From Octopus sinensis (lineage: Eukaryota), in NCBI RefSeq assembly GCF_006345805.1, contig NC_042997.1, forward strand, positions 197,842,001 to 197,906,000: a DNA stretch of 64,000 nt. Reading direction: 5' to 3'. A program made the position numbers and the translations under genes. Shown one piece after another: positions 24,792-38,632 of the stretch; positions within the stretch are counted from its first letter, which is position 1, and the number at the start of each line of letters is the position of its first letter. Under the pieces are notes generated by a model. That model had not been told where the DNA came from. It did not search any database and saw nothing but the letters and a program-made list of their open reading frames with translations.

Positions 24792-24893
24792 TCCTTCTTC
24801 TTTCCTTCCTTTCCTTCTTTCCTTCTTTCCTTCTTTCTTTCTTCCCTTCTTCCCTTCTTTCTTTCTTTCTTTCTTTCTTCTTTCTTTCTTTCT
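24690..24893. repeat. (CTTT)/(CCTT) pyrimidine tract
   Basis: Direct reading. Confidence 0.95.
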
Positions 24894-26868
24894 AAATACC
24901 ACAGAATCAGCTTGTAGAAGAGTGTGTCGATTACTAATGGCGTTTGAGCTTTCACCCTATTCTGTCTTTTAAAGATAACATATTTCTCTATATCTTCCGT
25001 TTCCAATGAAAGATAAGATCTGTCTCCTAGAATTTCTCCGCTAGAAAGCCCGCTGTGTTTCTTAAAAATGCAGAGATGCATTAATTTTCTCCTCCCGCAA
25101 GCTTATATGTCTGTAGAAGCCTGGCGCCTACTAGGTGGACAAAATATTGCCAAGCGTTAGCTCTTTCAACGAAATATTTTGTTTAATCTTCTTAGAAAAG
25201 ATAAAACTATACCACAGATATTCTTTCATTGTAATGCGTCAACACACGCACAGGATAAAACGTTTCGGTTTCTATCCTCAAAGAAATTTAACAAATTCTT
25301 AAGGTTTCGCCTCCATTCTAATCAAAGTATTCCATATTTCTTTATACACAGATATAAACTGGATCTGTTTGTATTTAGTTTTGCCAACAGATTCATATTT
25401 ATTCAACTTTCAGAAGAAATCTCCGCAAGTATTGCTTTGCAACAAATAACTGTTAATGATGGATTCCAAAATATCATGACTTATTAAGTAAAATTAATGT
25501 AGTGGGAGAAAAATATTTAAACAATAATAATTTTATCCGTAATAAAAAGAAAAAAACCTTTAATGTCAATGATAGTTATCGACGAGAAACGCAAAGGAGA
25601 CAATTCCAGAATTCAAATTGATTTAGCACGAAATAAGGGGACCGAACCTGGTCTTTGTCTAACAAATATTATTCTTATTTTGTATATTTCACTAAGAAAT
25701 AATGATAGCATTTTCGGTTATAATAAATTGATAATATATTGTGGTCAGAGAAAATATGTAATTTGATAGTGTTGTGGAAAAAGGTATACAAGAAATAATG
25801 TTATCCACTTTTCGAAAGGAAGAAACGTAAAGTAGATCTTGGCAAACTGTAATTATCAAAGTAATCTAACACTGTAATTATCAAAGTACTCTGTCATTTA
25901 GTTTTCAAGTTATTTCTTATAGTTTTACAAGAACAGGCGTTAAAATCAGGCTGTTTTAACTGTTAGATATAATACACTTACGTAATGAGCGTGTAACACA
26001 TCAAGGTATATCACCACTTTGTAGTTTTCGTTCTACTTTGATGGACGCCATTAGCAGGAAGCAAGCCTTTTGTTCCTGATGACTAACCATTTGTGACGAT
26101 ACTGTTTCCGCCACTGGCGTTATATTAAACCAACACTTCAATATTCTGTACATAATCTAAATTGACTGATATTGGTTTGGGTTCTGTCTGTCATATCGTT
26201 ATTATTATTTCTGTTTTGCCTTAAGTTAATCTTCATCCAACAGACTTATGAAAAATGGCGTTTCAATCACGATAATAACATTTTTGGCATAGCGTATCTG
26301 GGACTACGTTCTCGAACGTACCTGTCCTTTTAAGAGATGATAGTAGTGAGGCGTAGAAGCTCTCTGGTTGATGTGATTTTGAGGTTTTAGTCATCGTTGA
26401 TTTATTCTACATTGCTGGTCTTGTATTTTTGTTTCGTTTCCTTTGTGCGTATATTTCTTATTCGTTACGACGATCGATCATTGTTATTATAAATGATTTG
26501 ATTTATGCATTACTAAGCAAAGGAGACTAGAAAACAAATATTCTATGCACACACTAGAGGGTCCAAGTAGGATTACGACCAACTTGGTCTCAAACGATTT
26601 TCTTTTTCTTTCTGTTTCTTTTTTCTTTTTTTTTTTTACGAAACACAATGAGTGACTGTTTATGTTGTCGTTCAGCCCCAGAGCGAGCCACTACTGTCTG
26701 TAAACTAATACAAAAGCCAATAATGGTTCAGAAATTCCCGACTGAAGGCAGAAACGGTCCTGATTTCAGATACACAATTTTAAGTAGCTAAGCACGAGCT
26801 AATACCAATTGAAACAATGTTGTGCACTCACATGAAGAAATCAATTCTTGTTGTCTATTCCTTATTCC

Positions 26869-26935
<67 letters not shown>

Positions 26936-27218
26936 CATATATATGTATGTATGTATGTATATATGTATATATGTATGGTAAATATGTATATATATGTATG
27001 TATATATGTTATATATATATGTGCATATATATGTATGTATATATGTATGTATATATGTATATATATATATATGTATATATGATGTATATATATATAATAT
27101 ATATATATATGTATATATGTTATATATATGTATGTATGTATATATATGTATATATATATGTATGTATAAAATCAGATTTAGGATTAAATCGATTTTATAG
27201 TAAAATATTATAAAATAT

Positions 27219-27394
27219 TATAAAATATTATTAGAGACAAAACACTATTTTGCAAAACAACAAGGAAAGACTTACAAGACAAGAAACGATTGTAGTGGCG
27301 GTTTTTTTGACTATTTATTAAAATTTTATGTATTGATTAAGTCTTTCCTTGTTTGTTTTGCAAAATAGTGGTTTTGTCTCTAATAATATTTTAT
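27219..27394. repeat. Inverted repeat (arms about 56 bp) enclosing a half-hammerhead GAAACGATTGTA; probable Penelope pLTR remnant
   Basis: 27219-27274 against 27338-27394. Confidence 0.7.
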
Positions 27395-27441
27395 ATGTAT
27401 GTATATATATATATATGTATATATGTATATATGTATATATG

Positions 27442-27472
<31 letters not shown>

Positions 27473-27483
27473 TATATATTATG

Positions 27484-27514
<31 letters not shown>

Positions 27515-28269
27515 ATGTATGTGTGTGTGCGTGTGTGTGTGTATGTGTACAAACACACGTGTATATAAATATAAAGACATATATATTCTCTGGCAATGCA
27601 ATGACACGTTCGAATTAAAAGCAAGATATCAGTTATCCAATAGCATACTAGTTCGATGTATGTTTGCTAGAATTACAATGGTTTGACACTTATCCGTTTA
27701 AACGAACGGCAAGAATAAGACAAATTGCCTTAATATTATTAGAAAAAAGAAAACCCTCATCAACAAAAATCAAAGAACGAAAAGAACCAATGCGTTCGCT
27801 CCTACACGATTTCTTGGTGTGCTCGATGCTATAAATAACAGTGAAATCTCAGTTAAAGCATACACTGGATCGCTAAAAAAAGTGACGTGCACATTAGATA
27901 ATTTATTGCAGGAAACCATTAATGGACGGGATGGCTATGGTTAGAATGCATTTGATTATCAGGTTGGTCGATTAGGACTCAACTGAAGCTGGACAACACC
28001 ACCACCTCCAAAAAAAAAATAATAATAAAATAACAGCAAAGACAAAAAAGTGTTGTAAGTGTCTCCTTCTGACTAAAACACTATTTACAAACAAATAGAT
28101 TAAGTACTAAAGAAAGCATAAAAACTAAAAATACTTAAAGTTAGGTAAAGAACCAATCAAATAGTAGGGTCGATATAATTTTCTCTTCTCTTCCTTTCAA
28201 AAGTTTCTGGTCTTGTACCAATCTAAGAATAACCATTTCTTTTTCTTTTAGCCGAAAGGGATGGCAGCA

Positions 28270-28680
28270 TATAATGTTTATTGTATTGCATTTGCCGCGA
28301 GCCATTGTGACTGAAAAACGAAAAGCGGTCAGCGGGAAGAATCGACTGTCTATATTTTCTGAGTTCAAATTCCGCCCAGGTCAAATGTGCTTTTTGCGGA
28401 GCGATAAAATAAGTACCAGTTGCGTACTGGGGTTGATATAATTGAGTAGCTCCTCCCCCAAAATTTCAGGTCCTTGTGCCTTTAGTAGAAAATGATTCTT
28501 CTTCTTCTTCTTCTTCTTCTTTTCCTCCTCCTAGCACATACAGCCTTTCAGTATCGCTTTTGGGATGTTGCTCCTTGTTAACTGTCATCACTTTTCTGGT
28601 TTTCCTGTTCTTTTCCATAAACTCGTTCATTGACCACCTCACAACACCTGCGCTACATCACATTAAGGAAACAGCCCATG

Positions 28681-28725
<45 letters not shown>

Positions 28726-28920
28726 GAATCGATAGTGTACCAAGCAAAATGGTTTGCAGTACCTCGTACGTCTTTACGTTCTGAGTTCAGATTCACCCGA
28801 GGTCGACTTTGCTTTTCATCCTTTCGGAGGCGAATAAGTAGGCACCAATTGAACATTGGGGTCGATGTAATCGACTTATCTCCTGCCTCGAACTGGCTGG
28901 CCTTGTGCTAAAATTTGAAA

Positions 28921-28925
<5 letters not shown>
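28270..28925 (+). mobile_element. Two diverged SINE family C copies (about 28270-28495 and 28725-28925)
   Basis: ctgagttca(a/g)att..gtc(g/a)act..agtacca core. Confidence 0.65.
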
Positions 28926-28954
<29 letters not shown>

Positions 28955-29349
28955 GCATCTAAACAATTAACATAAGCGTGGTCTAAGCTACATAATCGCT
29001 TGCAAGTAACGGCTACACGTCTGTCTTTATCTTTTAAAATTATTATGGCAATTGTCTATGATTTAAATTTTCACATTCTCGTTGTATTAATTTCCATCTA
29101 TTCCTCCATCCATCCATATACACACACACTTATAAATCTATATCTAGACGGTTTCTGCATTCCTTTCAGAGATACATTATCGTACTCCAAGACTGAATAT
29201 TTGATGAGGCGACACATGTATTCTTAACGGTCCCTGACAACAATACCTCGTAGATTTTCCCTACATCTTTAGATTAGCATATCTCAGAATATAGTGGTTT
29301 ATCATTCTCCAGGGCCTTTTCAGGTTATGACTGTCCCTTATCTTTCCTA

Positions 29350-29662
29350 TTGACAATGCATAGAATGCACCACCCTAAGGCAGATATAGAACGACTTTAT
29401 CTGCCAAGAAAAGAGGGAGGCCGTGAACTTTTACAACTGGCAATAACAATGAAGATTGCTACAATTGGCCTAGACACCTACCTGAAAAACTCTGAGGACG
29501 AGATGTTAAAATTTATCTCAAAACATGAAAACAAGAAAGCATCATACTCAGTGACAAAACAGGCAAAGGAATATCTAAGTAAATTCCGAATACAACAAAT
29601 TTCGGAATTAGACACACAAGAAACAAGCACAGAAAAAGCTAAGCGCATGAAAACCCGTGCTA
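29350..29662 (+). mobile_element. R4/Dong-like LINE fragment (post-RT region)
   Basis: MHHPKADIERLYLPRKEGGR.LL. Confidence 0.85.
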
Positions 29663-30281
29663 ATGAGGACGTAACTTCCGGTCCTGTCATTTTTGCCGTT
29701 TTCCATTGTCTATGAATGATTGGCTAAAACCAATATGGCTGATTGATTCTTCAAACACATTCTCTACTGTTACTTATATACTCTGCCTCAGCAGGTTTTT
29801 AGAAGTTTCTGGCAGGAAGGCTCCCTTGCTCTTATTCCATAATGAAGAATCCTTATTTGCTTTGGCTCTTGTGTTTCCCGGCTAGAAAATATCCTTTTCT
29901 AACCGACTTCCATTTTTCAATCTTGGCCTCTTCCAAGCTCTTCATGGCAATCTTTTAACATGACATTATTGTTCCTAGTTTCTCATCGTAATTGTCCATT
30001 ACTTCAACCGTTATTTAATTTATTTCTTGGCTTCCTTGAAGACAGAAAACAAATTTTTCCTTTCATATTTTATAATCATTTCTTTTTGCTTCCATTTTTT
30101 CTCTCAACTAATTATTTTTGTAGATATTTCATAATGATTTTCTAATGCCAGAAGGCAACCCCTACCTTGAACAATTATCTCAAAATACTCCTACTTCTCT
30201 TGCTGTTGGCGATGCATTGATATTTTCGTCTTCCTGGTTATGTTTTACTAATTCCTGATAAAATCATTTCGATTGGAGTCG

Positions 30282-30331
<50 letters not shown>

Positions 30332-30348
30332 GTGTGTGTGTATGCATG

Positions 30349-30386
<38 letters not shown>

Positions 30387-30509
30387 ATATAATATATATA
30401 TATATATCTGTGTGTGTGTGTATGCATGTATATGTATGCATATATAGTACACACACGCATATATATATATATATATATATATAAGCATACATATATATAT
30501 AATATATAG

Positions 30510-30940
30510 GGAGAGTTTACGAAAAAAACAAAAGACGAAGACAGGTGGTGTACAAAACAAACAGATGTATTAGTATAGAAAAGGAATAGAAAAAGTCTTT
30601 TACTTTTCGAACCTACGCTCTTCTACAGAAAGGGATAAAGAAAAAACAAGGAGAGAAACAAGGAGAGAAAAATGTGTGTAGTGGCTAACGATCTATCATG
30701 GCGATATATATAATATATACATACATAAATATACATACATATACACACACCCCTACACTCGCACGCGCATATATATGTATAGTTCAAAATCATACAAAAG
30801 CAAGACAGAGATGGATGAAAAAACAATAAACAAGTGTACTGCTTTAACGCTCAGGAAAAATTGAAGAAATCTTTGACGTTTCGAGCCTACGTTCTTCTAC
30901 AGAAATCTGTGAGGAAAGAAAACAGATGAGAGGGAAAAAT
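30510..30940 (-). mobile_element. Two tandem diverged Penelope-pLTR/retrozyme-like units, each with a hammerhead-like motif (30597-30632, 30871-30905)
   Basis: Minus strand ttt-CTGTAGA-agagc/agaac-gtag-gttc/gctc-GAAA-(C)GT(C/A)-aaag. Confidence 0.55.
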
Positions 30941-31031
30941 GTATGTATGTATGTGTATGCATGTATTTACGTATGTATGTATGTATGTATGTATGTGTGT
31001 GTTTATGTATGCGTGTGTTTATGTATGATTA

Positions 31032-31399
31032 TAGGCGCAGGAGTGACTGTGTGGTAAGTAGCTTTCTTATCAACCACCTTGGGCAAGTGTCTTCTACTAT
31101 GGCCTTGGGCCGACCAAAGCCATGTGAGTGGATTTGGTAGACGGAAACTGAAAGCAGCCCGTCGTATATATGTATACATATATATATATGTGTGTGTGTG
31201 TGTGTCTGTGTTTGTCCCCTCAACATCACTTGACAACCGATGATGGTATGTTTACGTCCCCGTAACTTAGCGGTTCAACAAAAAAGACCGATAGAATAAG
31301 TACTAGACTTACAAAGAATAAGTCCTGGGTCGATTTGTTGGACTAAAAAGGCGGTGCTCCAGCATGGCCACAGTCAGATGACTGAAACAAGTAAAAGAG
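31032..31399 (+). mobile_element. SINE family A with an internal deletion
   Basis: Family A sequence. Confidence 0.85.
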
Positions 31400-31581
31400 C
31401 ATGTATTTATATATGTATGTATGTAAGTACGTATGTATGTATGTATGCATGTATGTATGTATGTGTTTATGTATATTGGTTTAAAGAATCACTGAGACCT
31501 TTCATAACGACGGACTCTCAGTGAGTTCGTGAGATTCTCTTCGCTCAGACGTTATTTGTTCTGTACGTTATTTATTTTGTA

Positions 31582-31784
31582 TACTCTTTTACTTGTTTCA
31601 GTCATTTGACTTCGGCCATGCTGGAGCACCACCTTTAGTCGAGCAACTCGACCCCGGGACTTATTCTTTGTAAGCCCAGTACTTATTCTATCGGTCTGTT
31701 TTGCCGAACCGCTAAGTGACGGGGACATAAACACACCAGCATCGGTTGTCAAGCAATCCTAGGGGGACAAACACAGATACCCAA

Positions 31785-31823
<39 letters not shown>

Positions 31824-31996
31824 CATATATACAACAGGCTTCTTTCAGTTTCCGTCTACCAAATCCACTCACAAGGCATTGGTCGGCCCGAGGCTATAGT
31901 AGAAGACACTTGCCCAAGGTGCCACGCAGTGGGACTGAACCCGGAACCATGTGGTTGGTAAACAAGCTACTTACCACACAGCCACTCCTGCGCCTA
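31582..31996 (-). mobile_element. SINE family A, full length
   Basis: Family A reverse complement; tail-to-tail with 31032-31399. Confidence 0.9.
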
Positions 31997-32785
31997 TGTT
32001 TTCTTTCTGTACTGTTTGCTTCTTCTTTTTTTCTTTCTCAGACTTTTCTTTATTTGTTTCATTAAGGATCGAGAGAACTTTTCTTTTCTTCCGTCTGTCT
32101 GTCTTTCCCCCCCTCATCTCGCTCTCTCTCTCGCTTGCTCTCTGTACGTTTCCTGACCACGTTACTTCGTTTTTCATATTCCTGTATAATCATATTTAAG
32201 AAAGCACCTACATTCCTGTACAACCAATGTAACTATCGCATCTATTATTATTTGGTTCATCCTAAAAATACTGATGGATGCAGCTGTTTTGATTGAGCAT
32301 CTGACGACCAGTTTCGTGTTCTTATTGTTATTGCTGTTTTCTCGTTAAGAAGCTTTTTGTATCGATCTGAAGTTCCATTCTTTAACTTTTCCACCTTTAG
32401 ATTATTACCATATTCAAAATTTTTCTATCTTTAGGATTTTCTCAAAATCTTTCTTTCATTTCTTTTTATTCGCATTATCGTTTTTGTTTTGGCATGGCTT
32501 TTGTTGGCCAGTATCCTCTAGTTGAGCTAACGTCACTTGATCTTAGCTGAAGCTTGTTATCTATGTTCTGTCTTTTGCATGTCGTTGATCTATCTTTGCT
32601 GTTTATATCCTCAGACTGTGTTGTTTTGTCCGGTTTTGTATTTTCTTTAGTCGTTCTTTCTTTGTTCTATGTGACTTAAGTTTTTTGGCCTCTTAAATAA
32701 GTTAGTTTTGCGAACTAAATTTACACTGCGACTAAGATTATTATTATTATCCCAAATATAATATGAGTGCTTTGGTACTCACGTT

Positions 32786-32856
<71 letters not shown>

Positions 32857-33050
32857 TATGGCTCTGAAATATGTATTTACGTCTTCTCTTTTCGTTGCGA
32901 GATTCTGAAATTATTTTTTTTATCGCCCTTGAAAGTGTATGATAGGCAAATCTCGGCGGAATTTAAGTTCAGAATATAAAGACATCATTACTAAATAACA
33001 CAAAGTATCTTGTCTACACCTGTAATCAATTTTTCTGAACCATACATACA

Positions 33051-33099
<49 letters not shown>

Positions 33100-35799
33100 C
33101 ATCAAAATAAGTAACAAGAATTCAAGTAGTAATGCAGTACAACCGTTTCAAGTGGATCCATTTAATTGAACAATGCAATCATTACATCAATTTAAAATAT
33201 AGCGCTGTCTTCAGCTGCACAAATATGGAGCTTCAACAGACACGATACATTAATATAATTTTTCTGAAGTATTTTAACAGAGCAAGAGGATGGAAGAAAT
33301 TAATGTTGCTGCTATTGTAGCAGGAATAGCTAAGAGAACAATTTTTTTTATAGAGTGGCACGGAACATAGTAAGAGTCATAGGGTTATAATTTATTTCCG
33401 ATTTATCTATCTCTGTATTATCAACTAAAATCTGAGACTAGCAGACTGTGTATATTAAGAATAAAAACCAAAAGTGAGCTGACAGCTCATGGCTGGCTAT
33501 TAGTCATAAATATTGTCAAAGGTACTCCACTACCCACAAGAAAAGGTAATAAATCTTAGAAAGAGTCAATTAGATAGAAGTAACTGTCTATAAAAGAGGT
33601 GCGGTAGGGGTGAGGGTGACATTAATTCATGATGTTGTTACCAGTTAAAGGGGCAAACACTATGAAACTTAGGATGCTATAATGAATCCAGAAAAAATAT
33701 TAGGGGCTCAGTGGGAGAACGTTTGTGAACCACATCATTATGCGATATAAGAATAAAATATATTTTTTTAAATTTCAGAAATTGATATCATAACCAAGTT
33801 AGCTAAAAGGTGTATATGGATCAATTTTTAAAAGGAATATTACTATTATGTAGAATCAATTTAATACCTCATCTTCAGTTGATTAATTAATTATTAGGTG
33901 ATCTCTATAAAACCACTCAAACCATTTACATATGGAATATCTGGAAAGATATACATACTATCTACTGATTGAAAGTAATGGATCAGAAGCAAGGAAATAA
34001 GATAATGATAATATATAGATATAATTAAATATAAATATACAAGAAAAAGTATGTACTGATATAAGTAGGTATAATAGTATAAAAATAGCATAATGGTATA
34101 AAAAATAATGCATACAGATACATATACAAAAACGATTCATAGATTGCTATAAGCGAAAGTAAATAGGAATGCAAAAACACAAAATTCAATACCATACAAA
34201 ATTTAACAATACAAAGGCAAAACATAAAGGATAAGAGATTAATAAGATAATCATACCAAAATAAGAAATCAAATAATAAGAATTTATACAAAATAATAAG
34301 AAATATATATAAAGAGACAGAGGATTACGAATTAAAGGCAGCAGAGATAAAGATAACCTAAAAAGGACAGTTTAAGTTATTCTTATTGAAGTGGTTTTAT
34401 AAGTTATAATATTACATGTGATATTGTATGTATGATTGTATAGTTCTTAGGGGGTTTAAGATTTAGTCAAGAGAGACTTGCTATCTCATAATCATTACAA
34501 ATATACATAATTTGACTGATAGGTTAGAAATTCATAGAAGGAAAGAATGGTATAATCACCAAATAGGATTAAGTCAGACTAACTAGGCAGGGATTACCAC
34601 AGGGTAATAATACATGTAATGCATCACATCACATATTAAATAGCATATAACATATGTAATATAATACATTATGCTATATAACATAATATCCTATATTAGA
34701 GGGTAAGTTATAAAGGATACGATACCGAAGATAATTTCCCATTAAATCCCAAGAAATATTATTTGTTTCGAAAATACTTAAACGTGCGGATGATGCTATG
34801 TACGCAAGATAACCTCAGGTCTAATCTATTATTGATCAGGTTGTATTCGTGTGTCTGTACTTAAAAATCGCATAAATTTCCATAGAGCAGAGCTCACATC
34901 CATATCTACTATCTCTATAAAGAGGCGCCCTCCGCATTATATCTCATTTTAAGGCTAAATCTAGTCCCGCTTTCTTTAAGTTCCCAGATTTTACTACATA
35001 TTCCGCACTTTAACCTACTCTGCCCAACCATTTACAAAAATGCCTCCGCTTTTCAAAACTACAAAAATATTCCGCTTAAATCATCCCCAAAGTCCGTTCG
35101 AATAAAATTTTAAAGCAAATATCTCTTCCTCAGATTTTCACATGTATGTATGTCTGTATGCATGCATGCATGCATGCATGCATGCATGCATGCATGCATA
35201 CATACATACATACATACATACATACATACATACATACATACATACATACATACATACATACATACACGCATGCATACATACATACAGACAGACCGACAAA
35301 CATGCAAGCATGTATGAATCCATCTTATTTGAATCATTTACATATTATGTATATTATCTTCTATATCTTTTTTCGGTTGTCAAGCAGTGTGGGAGAGAAA
35401 CACGCACGAAGACACGCTTGCGCGCTCACGCGCGTGTATGTGTGTGTGTATCTATGTGTATACGGCGGGCGGGCTTCTACAAAGTTTCCGTCAACTAAAT
35501 TCACTTGCAAGCCATTGATTAACTCGTAGCTATAGTAGAAACCACTTGCGTAAAGTACTGCGCTGTAGAACTGAAACCGAAACCGCGTGGTTTCGAAGTG
35601 AGCTTCTTAACCACGAAGTCATTCATGTGCAGGCAGACACATGCGCACAAACTCACGTACGCACGCACTTACATACGCACACACACACGCACGCACGCAC
35701 ATACACACGCACTTACGTTGCTACCAAGGTTTCTACCGAATTCGATAGAAAAACATGGACTCGAATCACATACATCTGCGTCAAGCATTTAGCTATCAT

Positions 35800-35870
35800 T
35801 GTCAGATGCGCCTGTGCACCAATTCGACAGAGCTACTTTGCAAAAAATTAAAACAAAGATGGCGGTGAGA
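35800..35870 (+). promoter_or_regulatory. Candidate promoter and first exon: NRF1-like TGCGCCTGTGCA, then AAGATGGCG (YY1/Kozak) followed by a GTGAGA donor
   Basis: ATG 35859-35861, GCG, then GT at 35865; lies in non-repetitive sequence. Confidence 0.3.
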
Positions 35871-36374
35871 GTTATTTGAGGACGAAGAAGAATTGTTTAC
35901 TTTTGGAAGAATTATGAAATAATTCTTTGCAAAATATTAAAAAAATATATCTTCAGGGAAAGTGGGGGTCTTTTTTATATATATATATATTTCTTTCTTT
36001 AATTTGGGTTGCTTGAAGTTTTCCCCATCTGCTCCATAATGAAATTTTCTCTTTACATACATATATAAGTGCATGTGAGTATATGTGCGCCAGTGTGTAG
36101 TAAGATTGTGATATTCATATTTCTGAAGAAGCTGTTTTTAGGAAAATATGAGGAATATTAAATATGATATTAAAATAATATTAAAAGAAGTGTTGTGAGA
36201 CAAAATGAGTATAAAAAATAATAACAGCAATATTAGATAAAAACTATTTATTTGAAGATAAATGTGAGCAAGATTTTTTTGTGTAATATATGTGCCTTTG
36301 TAAATTACAATCGTAAGAACGTCGTAAAAGTTCATTCTCATATTCTACCTCACAAAGAAATATCATTTCAATTT

Positions 36375-36530
36375 CAATTGTGTGTAAGAAGCTCGCTCTG
36401 CAAGTACATGACTTCTGGTTCAGTCCCAGTGCTCGGCACCTTGGGCAAGTATCTTCTATTACAGTCCCGGAACGGCCAATTTGGTAGACGGAAACTGTGA
36501 GAAAGTTCGTCATATATATATGTGTGTGTG

Positions 36531-36587
<57 letters not shown>

Positions 36588-36900
36588 TTATTCTTTTATT
36601 TGTTTAAGTCATTTGACTGTGGCCACGCTGGAGCACCGCCTCTAGTCGAGCAAATCGAACCCAGGACTTATTCTTTGTAAGCCTAATAATACTTATTCTA
36701 TCGGTCTCTTTTTGCCGAACTGCTAAATTACGGGGACCTGAACACACCAGCATCGGTTGTCAAGCGATGTTGAAATGGGGGGCAAACACAGACACACAAA
36801 CACACACACATATATACGACGGACTTCTTTCAGTTTTCGTCTACTAAATCCACTCACAAGGCTTTGGTCGGCCCGAGGCTATAGACTGAACCCGGAACCA
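36375..36900. mobile_element. Two SINE A fragments (+ 36375-36515; - 36587-36900)
   Basis: Family A sequence. Confidence 0.75.
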
Positions 36901-37139
36901 TATATATATATATAGAATGAATGAGAACATTTTCTTTATTGTGACAATTTAATTTCATTATATGTCCATATATTGAAATAAGATATTCAGAAATATTTTC
37001 ATTCGTAGATAAACATATACAAACTTAGGAATATATATACAATAGTATTTTTATATAAGCTTAAAACTTATGGCGATCACCGTGCAATGACTAAGGAAAA
37101 TAATCTAATATAGGCTCCACTGAAAATTACACACAGAGC

Positions 37140-37423
37140 ACAATAGCTAATCATGAAAGCACCTCTAAAGACAAGAATAAAATAGTTAGCACCAGCTTAA
37201 GCAGATTAATATGGGATATAAAATATAAAAACATGGAATATATGGTAAAGTGGGAAATAATTAACCGAGCAAAATCTTGTACCATTGGGGACTTATGTGC
37301 GACTTAGGTGTTGAGGAAATTTTCCAGATAATAAGTTCTAAGCATAAACCTATCAGCAGTAAAAGAGAAAGAGGATTATCCTGCCCACACAAGAGTGAAT
37401 ATATATTTAAGAAATACAATTAA
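37140..37423 (+). mobile_element. Penelope-like element GIY-YIG C-terminal fragment
   Basis: NHESTSKDKNK..TSLSRLIWDIK...KWEIINRAKS...CDL..EE...SCPHK. Confidence 0.7.
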
Positions 37424-37796
37424 ATTATAAAAATTAAATAACAGTAGGTCTAATATAAGATATAAAATTATAAGTTCTAGAATATAAGTCTAAGATGTAA
37501 GTACCATAATGATAACAATATAACTGAAATCCTTGAGAGGTAGACACAACCACCTGATAACAGAAAACAAAAGGAAAGTCTAGCCCAATCACGTGTTACA
37601 TAGAAAACAATACCCCAGTTAAATAGATGTAATTAAATTAATTACAAATATAGAATTAACCGTAGACAACAACAATTATGACTAACACACCTAGAAAACA
37701 ATTAATAAATTAATAAAAATCAGACCATCAATTCAAGTTCTTGCAATTAATGATATAAATTAAAATGAAATAAATAGATTTGCTTACTGATAGGAA

Positions 37797-37960
37797 GGAG
37801 GAAGCACTCCGTCGGTTACGACGACGAGGGTTCCGGTTGATCCGAATCAACGGATCAGCCTGCTCGTGAAATTAACGTGTAAGTGGCTGAGCACTCCACA
37901 GACACGTGTACCTTTAACGTAGTTCTCGGGGATATTCAGCGTGACACAGAGAGTGACAAG
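37797..37960 (-). mobile_element. SINE family B 3' fragment (tail type 1)
   Basis: Near-identical to 9945-10105. Confidence 0.85.
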
Positions 37961-38384
37961 TTGATAGCTGAATGAAACCAACAGGTAACCACAAATGTTC
38001 GGCTCAACTCGATAAATAAGCAAAATTCAGCATTGATCAAGCGTGAAGAGCATATGAGGTTTCTTATCTTGTAATTTTTCCTAATTGTCCATAATTCTTG
38101 AGATAAAAGTTCTCTTGAAGAAACTACCGTGTTGTTACTGACGCACAAAATTATCTCACAGAACCACACCGCGTATGATCAACACTAACCCTTTATAGAA
38201 CGGCATGGTTAACTTTCCAAAGAGCGCATTGCTTTACTGATAGAAAACTGAATACCTGACAATATTCCTGATGTCAGACGACTAACCTTCGCCTACATTC
38301 GATTAAAGATCACAAGCTATCATTTAAAAATATAAGAGGCACACTGGATAATATAGTCCTGAATGCACAATGCCCAAATAAAGA

Positions 38385-38632
38385 CAGGGTGGATACGGCT
38401 GGAATACAGCTGAGCATTAGACAGATCCGAAGCTAAACACGAGCGACGACAATAATACCGCAATCTAATTATATTCGTTTCAGAATTTTACATTTAAGAG
38501 TTCTGCTTCTGTAAATCGTTTAAGGAAATATTATATGTTATAGACTTAATAAGAATTATTGGTTACTTGTGATAATTTACTTGCGTTATTTCAAGGAATG
38601 AAACTTTTTATTGGTTCATTAATATTATGTAC
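38385..38632 (+). repeat. Left arm of an inverted duplication of about 250 bp (partner 40966-41513, split by a SINE)
   Basis: Near-identical reverse complement of 40966-41005 plus 41309-41513. Confidence 0.85.
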
